Below are positions 55,770-64,000 of a stretch of 64,000 nucleotides of DNA, in pieces (within the stretch, counting starts at the first letter, position 1; every line of letters starts with the position of its first letter). The notes below the pieces were generated by a model. It was not told the origin of the DNA and did no database searches. It saw only the letters and a list, made by a program, of their open reading frames with translations. The stretch is taken from the NCBI RefSeq assembly GCF_001677475.2, contig NZ_CP015229.1. One strand, 5' to 3'. A program made the position numbers and the translations under genes. The DNA comes from Escherichia coli (lineage in GTDB: Bacteria > Pseudomonadota > Gammaproteobacteria > Enterobacterales > Enterobacteriaceae).

Positions 55770-56114
55770 CCAGGCTCAACAGCTACCCGAATACTGATAA
55801 CGCACTTACTTTGACGCGCTAGTGTATCATTTCTTTCGCAGCAATCCGACCCGAATGATTTTTATACACAAAATATGATTTAACCATAAAAATCATATAG
55901 ATAAAATTTTGCATACAGAGAATCCAGATATTGTCTATGTAAAGTTGCAATCCTGGCTGAAATTCAATGAATCGCATAAAAATACAAAAAAATGAAGATT
56001 TAGCAGCAGATCAGCTCAAACAGAGACTATTTAAGTCAAAAACGGGAAAAGTAATGGTAAAGCCACAGCTAAATACATAGAATCCCCAGCACATCCATAA
56101 GTCAGCTATTTACT

Positions 56115-57879
<1,765 letters not shown>

Positions 57880-57886
57880 CGTTTAT

Positions 57887-57908
57887 GCCGGATGGTATGC
57901 CATCCGGC
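57887..57908. terminator. Hairpin between convergent coaD and mutM
   Basis: gccggatgg-tatg-ccatccggc, perfect 9-bp stem, 7 nt after the coaD TAG and 9 nt before the mutM stop. Confidence 0.45.
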
Positions 57909-57917
57909 TCGCATCAA

Positions 57918-58727
57918 TTACTTCTGGCACTGCCGACAATAAAACGTTGCCCGCTGCGCATGTTTAGTCGCCACAATCGGCGTACCGCACACCCGACACG
58001 GCTCGCCTTTTCGCCCGTAAACCTGCAATTCCTGCGCGAAATAGCCCGGTTTACCATCACTTTGCAGAAAATCTTTCAGAGTTGTACCACCCTGCTCAAT
58101 CGAACGCAGCAACACCGCTTTAATCACCCGAGCTAACAATTCACACTCTGCCAGCGACAGTGATGACGCCAGCCGATCCGGATGGATCCCCGCCGCAAAC
58201 AGTGATTCGCTGGCATAGATATTCCCTACCCCTACCACCAGCTTGTTATCCATCAGCCACGGTTTAATCGCCGTTTTTTTCTTCTCGCACTTCTGATGCA
58301 GGTACTCACCGTTGAAATCGTCGCTAAGCGGCTCCGGTCCAAGATGGGCCAGCACGTTGTGCCCTTCCAGCTCTTTGGTCCACAGCCAGGCACCAAAGCG
58401 GCGCGGATCGGTGTAGCGCAGCACTTTACCGTTGCTCATCACCAAATCAACATGGTCATGCTTTTCAGGGGGAAGTTCTTCTGGAAGGATGCGCAGGCTG
58501 CCAGACATCCCCAAATGAATGATAATCCAGCCCTCAGGCAGCTCCAGCAGCAGATATTTAGCCCGCCGCTGCACGCTAAGCACTGGTTGGTCGCTTAAAC
58601 GGTAGATCTCTTCTGAAACCGGCCAGCGCAAGCGTCCGTTGCGCACCACCGCATGAAGAATGGTTGCACCAACGAGATGCGGTTCTATGCCGCGACGGCT
58701 GGTTTCAACTTCGGGTAATTCAGGCAT
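57918..58727 (-). CDS. mutM: Formamidopyrimidine-DNA glycosylase
   Basis: 269-aa ORF starting [13 protein letters not shown]…; C-terminal zinc finger [25 protein letters not shown]. Confidence 0.95.
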   Translation of the reverse strand: MPELPEVETSRRGIEPHLVGATILHAVVRNGRLRWPVSEEIYRLSDQPVLSVQRRAKYLLLELPEGWIIIHLGMSGSLRILPEELPPEKHDHVDLVMSNGKVLRYTDPRRFGAWLWTKELEGHNVLAHLGPEPLSDDFNGEYLHQKCEKKKTAIKPWLMDNKLVVGVGNIYASESLFAAGIHPDRLASSLSLAECELLARVIKAVLLRSIEQGGTTLKDFLQSDGKPGYFAQELQVYGRKGEPCRVCGTPIVATKHAQRATFYCRQCQK

Positions 58728-58776
58728 AGCATCTCCAGGAATGAACAGATGCAGTCAATATGGGGGCAGGCAGATA

Positions 58777-58805
58777 ACAAAAAACCCCGCCGGGGCGAGG
58801 TTTTT
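58777..58805 (-). terminator. Intrinsic terminator downstream of rpmG (rpmBG operon)
   Basis: On the minus strand a GC-rich hairpin (plus-strand ccccgccggggcgagg, 58785-58800) is followed by a T-run (plus-strand aacaaaaaa, 58777-58784); located between rpmG stop and mutM start. Confidence 0.6.
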
Positions 58806-58824
58806 CGTTACATCAAAGCAAAAA

Positions 58825-58995
<171 letters not shown>

Positions 58996-59012
58996 TTATT
59001 TCCTCTAAGTAC

Positions 59013-59270
<258 letters not shown>

Positions 59271-59465
59271 TTAGCTCGAGCTTCGTATGGGGTATTGGCG
59301 CCTCGTCAGGCTTTACAGCCCGGTCATCGCAGTTCTATGTGAACTCTCGATTGCCAGGCCCAAATGCCAAACCCGAGATTCTCAAAGGTGGCGTAGTATA
59401 CGCTGACTCAGCGATGTGCTCAAGTCCCGAACAGACAAAGATCCCGAAGGATCGCGCATAGCGGG

Positions 59466-60140
59466 TTAAATCCAGCCGCGTTCGGCAAAAGAAACATACT
59501 CTCCACGCCCAATCACGATATGGTCGAGCACGCGTAAATCCATGAACTGACAACTCTTTATTATCCGTTCAGTAATGAGTTTATCCGCTTTACTGGGTTC
59601 AGCACAACCCGAAGGGTGATTATGTGCAAGGATCAGCGCCGAGGCGTTTATTTTTATCGCTTCGCGGATAATTTCCCGAGGATGGACTTCAACATGGTTT
59701 AGCGTGCCGGAAAAAAGACGGCTATGCGTTATAACCCGGTGTTGGGAGTCGAGAAAGATCACCATAAAGATCTCCCGCTCCTCGCCCGTAAGCTGGCTTT
59801 GTAAAAATTCCCTCGTCATCTCCGGGCTGAGTAAAGGGCTTTCTTCACGCATCCGCACGTTGTAGTAACGCCGCGCCAGTTCAGCAATCCCCTTTAACTG
59901 GGCAAATTTCGCCACGCCAATTCCATGAACGCCACTAAATTGTTCATATTCAGAGGTTAACAAGCCATAAAGAGAGCCGAAATTCTCCAGCATCTCTTTT
60001 GCCAGGGTTAATACATCTTTACCGCGCGTTCCGGTACGCAGAAATAGCGCCAGCAGCTCGACATCCGTTAAGGCGCTAATACCAAACTTCAGCATTTTTT
60101 CGCGCGGCATCAACAGCTGTGCATTATTTTTCACCTTCAC
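59466..60140 (-). CDS. yicR: UPF0758 / JAB-MPN domain protein YicR (formerly RadC)
   Basis: 224-aa ORF with the JAMM-like motif HNHPSG; track start is GTG 60140, with GTG 60134 and ATG 60110 as alternatives. Confidence 0.85.
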
Positions 60141-60305
60141 CTCCTTTGTGGTGCTCGCATCCTGTCATAGCCGTTCCGTTAAATCGACGGCCAGTTTTCA
60201 ATCCTGGAAAGCGCCTCGCAAAGTGATTCTCAGGTGAAGGCACGACAACAAAAGTATTGTGATAAAATCGCCAACTTCTGGTGTCACCCAACAGGAAAAA
60301 TCATC

Positions 60306-61526
60306 ATGAGCCTGGCCGGTAAAAAAATCGTTCTCGGCGTTAGCGGCGGTATTGCTGCCTATAAAACCCCTGAACTGGTGCGTCGTTTGCGCGATCGCGG
60401 GGCCGACGTCCGCGTAGCCATGACCGAAGCGGCAAAAGCCTTTATCACCCCACTTAGCTTGCAGGCGGTTTCTGGTTATCCCGTTTCCGACAGTCTGCTG
60501 GACCCGGCAGCCGAAGCCGCTATGGGCCATATTGAGCTGGGTAAATGGGCTGATTTAGTGATTCTCGCCCCTGCCACGGCAGATTTGATTGCCCGTGTTG
60601 CTGCCGGAATGGCGAATGATCTGGTATCGACGATTTGTCTGGCCACACCTGCGCCTGTAGCCGTGCTCCCCGCCATGAACCAGCAGATGTACCGTGCCGC
60701 TGCCACGCAGCATAATTTAGAGGTGCTTGCTTCCCGTGGTTTGCTCATCTGGGGGCCAGACAGTGGCAGTCAGGCTTGTGGTGATATCGGCCCTGGGCGA
60801 ATGCTCGATCCGTTAACCATTGTTGATATGGCGGTAGCGCATTTTTCGCCCGTCAACGACCTGAAACATCTGAACATTATGATTACCGCCGGCCCGACGC
60901 GTGAACCGCTCGATCCGGTGCGTTATATCTCTAATCACAGCTCAGGCAAGATGGGTTTTGCTATCGCCGCCGCCGCTGCCCGTCGTGGCGCGAACGTCAC
61001 GCTGGTATCAGGTCCGGTTTCACTACCGACGCCACCGTTTGTTAAACGTGTTGATGTGATGACTGCGCTGGAAATGGAAGCGGCCGTGAATGCTTCTGTA
61101 CAGCAGCAAAATATTTTTATCGGTTGCGCCGCCGTGGCGGATTATCGCGCAGCTACCGTGGCCCCAGAGAAAATCAAAAAGCAGGCCACGCAGGGTGATG
61201 AATTAACAATAAAAATGGTTAAAAACCCCGATATCGTCGCAGGCGTTGCCGCACTAAAAGACCATCGACCCTACGTCGTTGGATTTGCCGCCGAAACAAA
61301 TAATGTGGAAGAATACGCCCGGCAAAAACGTATCCGTAAAAACCTTGATCTGATCTGCGCGAACGATGTTTCCCAGCCAACTCAAGGATTTAACAGCGAC
61401 AACAACGCATTACACCTTTTCTGGCAGAACGGAGATAAAGTCTTACCGCTTGAGCGCAAAGAGCTCCTTGGCCAATTATTACTCGACGAGATCGTGACCC
61501 GTTATGATGAAAAAAATCGACGTTAA
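60306..61526 (+). CDS. coaBC: Bifunctional phosphopantothenoylcysteine decarboxylase / synthetase
   Basis: Conserved start ATG 60306 ([20 protein letters not shown]…), 406 aa; track ORF extends 24 codons upstream. Confidence 0.95.
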
Positions 61527-61962
61527 GATTCTGGACCCGCGCGTTGGGAAGGAATTTCCGCTCCCGACTTATGCCACCTCTGGCTCTGCCGGACTTGACC
61601 TGCGCGCCTGTCTCGACGACGCCGTAGAACTGGCTCCGGGTGACACTACGCTGGTTCCGACCGGGCTGGCGATTCATATTGCCGATCCTTCACTGGCGGC
61701 AATGATGCTGCCGCGCTCCGGATTGGGACATAAGCACGGTATCGTGCTTGGTAACCTGGTAGGATTGATCGATTCCGACTATCAGGGCCAGTTGATGATT
61801 TCCGTGTGGAACCGTGGTCAGGACAGCTTCACCATTCAACCTGGCGAACGCATCGCCCAGATGATTTTTGTTCCGGTAGTACAGGCTGAATTTAATCTGG
61901 TGGAAGATTTCGACGCCACCGACCGCGGTGAAGGCGGCTTTGGTCACTCTGGTCGTCAGTAA
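61504..61962 (+). CDS. dut: dUTP diphosphatase
   Basis: 152-aa ORF overlapping the coaBC 3' end. Confidence 0.95.
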
Positions 61963-62068
61963 CACATACGCATCCGAATAACGTCATAACATAGCCGCAA
62001 ACATTTCGTTTGCGGTCATAGCGTGGGTGCCGCCTGGCAAGTGCTTATTTTCAGGGGTATTTTGTAAC

Positions 62069-62665
62069 ATGGCAGAAAAACAAACTGCGAAAAGGAACCG
62101 TCGCGAGGAAATACTTCAGTCTCTGGCGCTGATGCTGGAATCCAGCGATGGAAGCCAACGTATCACGACGGCAAAACTGGCCGCCTCTGTCGGCGTTTCC
62201 GAAGCGGCACTGTATCGCCACTTCCCCAGTAAGACCCGCATGTTCGATAGCCTGATTGAGTTTATCGAAGATAGCCTGATTACTCGCATCAATCTGATTC
62301 TGAAAGATGAGAAGGACACCACAGCGCGCCTGCGTCTGATTGTGTTGCTGCTTCTCGGTTTTGGTGAGCGTAATCCTGGCCTGACCCGCATCCTCACTGG
62401 TCATGCACTAATGTTTGAACAGGATCGCCTGCAAGGGCGCATCAACCAGCTGTTCGAGCGTATTGAAGCGCAGTTGCGTCAGGTATTGCGCGAAAAGAGA
62501 ATGCGTGAGGGTGAAGGTTACACCACCGATGAAACCCTGCTGGCAAGCCAGATCCTGGCCTTCTGTGAAGGTATGCTGTCACGTTTTGTCCGCAGCGAGT
62601 TTAAATACCGCCCGACGGATGATTTTGACGCCCGCTGGCCGCTAATTGCCGCGCAGTTGCAGTAA
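62069..62665 (+). CDS. slmA: Nucleoid occlusion factor SlmA (TetR family)
   Basis: Conserved start ATG 62069 ([20 protein letters not shown]…), 198 aa. Confidence 0.9.
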
Positions 62666-62670
62666 TATGA

Positions 62671-62694
62671 CGCCGGATGACTTTTCATCCGGCG
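62671..62694. terminator. Hairpin between convergent slmA and pyrE
   Basis: cgccggatga-cttt-tcatccggcg, perfect 10-bp stem, 5 nt after the slmA stop and 7 nt before the pyrE stop. Confidence 0.5.
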
Positions 62695-62701
62695 AGTTTC
62701 T

Positions 62702-63343
62702 TTAAACGCCAAACTCTTCGCGATAGGCCTTAACCGCCGCCAGATGTTCCGCCATTTCCGGCTTCTCTTCCAGGTAAGCAATCAGGTCTTTCAGGGTGAT
62801 GATAGAGATCACTTTGCAGTTGTAATCACGCTCAACTTCCTGAATTGCCGAAATCTCGCCGCGCCCCCGTTCCTGACGATCGAGCGAAATCAATACGCCA
62901 GCAAGCGTCGCGCCATTGGCCTGAATAATTTCCATCGACTCGCGGATCGCCGTTCCGGCGGTGATCACATCATCCACCAGCATTACGCGTCCTTGTAACG
63001 CGCTACCGACCAGATTGCCACCTTCACCATGGTCTTTTGCTTCTTTGCGGTTAAAGCAGTACGGCAGGTCCAGGTAATGATGCTCCGCCAGCGCCACGGC
63101 AGTTGTGGTGGCAATCGGGATCCCTTTGTAAGCAGGGCCAAACAGCAGATCGAACTCAATGCCGGAATCCACCAATGCTTCAGCGTAAAAACGGCCTAAC
63201 AGTGCCAGATCGCGCCCGGTATTAAACAGCCCGGCGTTGAAGAAATAGGGGCTTTTGCGCCCGGACTTCAGCGTAAACTCGCCAAACTTTAACACCTGCT
63301 TGCTAAGCGCAAATTCAATAAACTGGCGCTGATATGGTTTCAT
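62702..63343 (-). CDS. pyrE: Orotate phosphoribosyltransferase
   Basis: Start ATG 63343 ([13 protein letters not shown]…) after GAGGAG; 213 aa. Confidence 0.95.
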   Translation of the reverse strand: MKPYQRQFIEFALSKQVLKFGEFTLKSGRKSPYFFNAGLFNTGRDLALLGRFYAEALVDSGIEFDLLFGPAYKGIPIATTTAVALAEHHYLDLPYCFNRKEAKDHGEGGNLVGSALQGRVMLVDDVITAGTAIRESMEIIQANGATLAGVLISLDRQERGRGEISAIQEVERDYNCKVISIITLKDLIAYLEEKPEMAEHLAAVKAYREEFGV

Positions 63344-63375
63344 GCCTTCGCTCCTCATCTTACTTTTCTACAGAC

Positions 63376-63403
63376 AAAAAAAAGGCGACTCATCAGTCGC
63401 CTT
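63376..63403 (-). terminator. pyrE attenuator (intrinsic terminator in the rph-pyrE intercistronic leader)
   Basis: Minus strand reads aaggcgactgatgagtcgcctt followed by 8 T (plus-strand A-run 63376-63383), between rph stop (63409-63411) and pyrE start. Confidence 0.75.
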
Positions 63404-63408
63404 AAAAA

Positions 63409-64000
63409 TCAGTTTGCCAGCGCCGCCTTCTGCGTCGCTACAATGGATTCGATTCCCCCTCGGGCCAGCGCCAACAAGGTGAGTAACTCTTCATGGGTGA
63501 ACGGCTCGCCTTCTGCCGTCCCCTGCACTTCAATGATGCGCCCGTCTTCGGTCATCACTACGTTCATGTCGGTCTCTGCGGCTGAGTCTTCAACGTATTC
63601 CAGATCGCAAACCGCTTCGCCGTTCACAATTCCGACAGAAACTGCGGCTACCATCCCTTTCATCGGGTTGGTTTTCAGCTTGCCGTTTTCCACCAGCTTC
63701 TGTAGCGCATCTGCCAGCGCCACGCAGGCACCCGTAATCGACGCGGTACGCGTGCCACCATCAGCCTGAAGCACGTCGCAGTCCAGCGTAATGGTGAACT
63801 CACCCAGCGCTTTCAAATCTACTGCCGCACGAAGAGCACGGGCGATCAGACGCTGGATTTCCATGGTGCGTCCACCCTGCTTACCTTTCGCCGCTTCACG
63901 CGCGTTACGGGTGTGGGTAGAACGTGGCAGCATGCCGTACTCTGCGGTGATCCAGCCCTGGCCCTGACCTTTCAGGAAGCGCGGCACGCCTTCTTCAATA
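63409..64000 (-). CDS. rph: Ribonuclease PH, 3' portion (5' end beyond window edge)
   Basis: ORF open to the window end; translation …[26 protein letters not shown]… ends …ATQKAALAN with stop 5 nt upstream of the attenuator hairpin. Confidence 0.9.
   Translation of the reverse strand, partial: IEEGVPRFLKGQGQGWITAEYGMLPRSTHTRNAREAAKGKQGGRTMEIQRLIARALRAAVDLKALGEFTITLDCDVLQADGGTRTASITGACVALADALQKLVENGKLKTNPMKGMVAAVSVGIVNGEAVCDLEYVEDSAAETDMNVVMTEDGRIIEVQGTAEGEPFTHEELLTLLALARGGIESIVATQKAALAN

Overview
This 64-kb window reads as a gene-dense stretch of an Escherichia coli-type chromosome, syntenic with the K-12 map region around 80-82 min. Gene order: (partial transporter)-GH127 hydrolase / yiaT / yiaU / yiaWV / aldB-yiaY / selBA-yibF / yibIH / mtlADR / yibT / yibL / lipoprotein + trimeric autotransporter adhesin (UpaG/EhaG-like) / lldPRD / trmL / cysE-gpsA-secB-grxC-yibN / gpmM-envC-yibQ / waaH / tdh-kbl / hldD-waaFCL / waaU-Z-Y-J-O-B-(S)-P-G-Q / waaA-coaD / mutM-rpmGB / yicR / coaBC-dut-slmA / pyrE-rph (partial). 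All calls rest on my recognition of the translated ORFs plus start/stop and RBS inspection; no database search was run. I found no rRNA, tRNA, CRISPR array, IS element or prophage gene. The content is almost entirely known core-genome genes, so I do not see a convincing wholly novel system. The most interesting signals are strain-specific relative to K-12 gene order as I recall it: (1) a ~6-kb insertion between yibL and lldP carrying an inner-membrane lipoprotein gene and a 1554-aa trimeric autotransporter adhesin with near-identical internal tandem repeats; (2) waaS in an otherwise K-12-type LPS core cluster is split by an in-frame TGA and a frameshift (candidate pseudogene); (3) two paralogous two-gene modules (small DUF3302-like membrane protein + HlyD-family adaptor) of unknown function flanking aldB-selAB; (4) absence of the RhsA element (yibF-yibH junction) and of htrL (kbl-hldD junction); (5) a GH127 (beta-L-arabinofuranosidase-like) gene plus transporter fragment at the left edge, flanked by an 11-bp direct repeat. 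Regulatory elements visible directly include four consensus CRP sites upstream of mtlA, two LldR-type operators upstream of lldP, an exact ops element in the waaQ leader, the pyrE attenuator, and several REP/BIME clusters.
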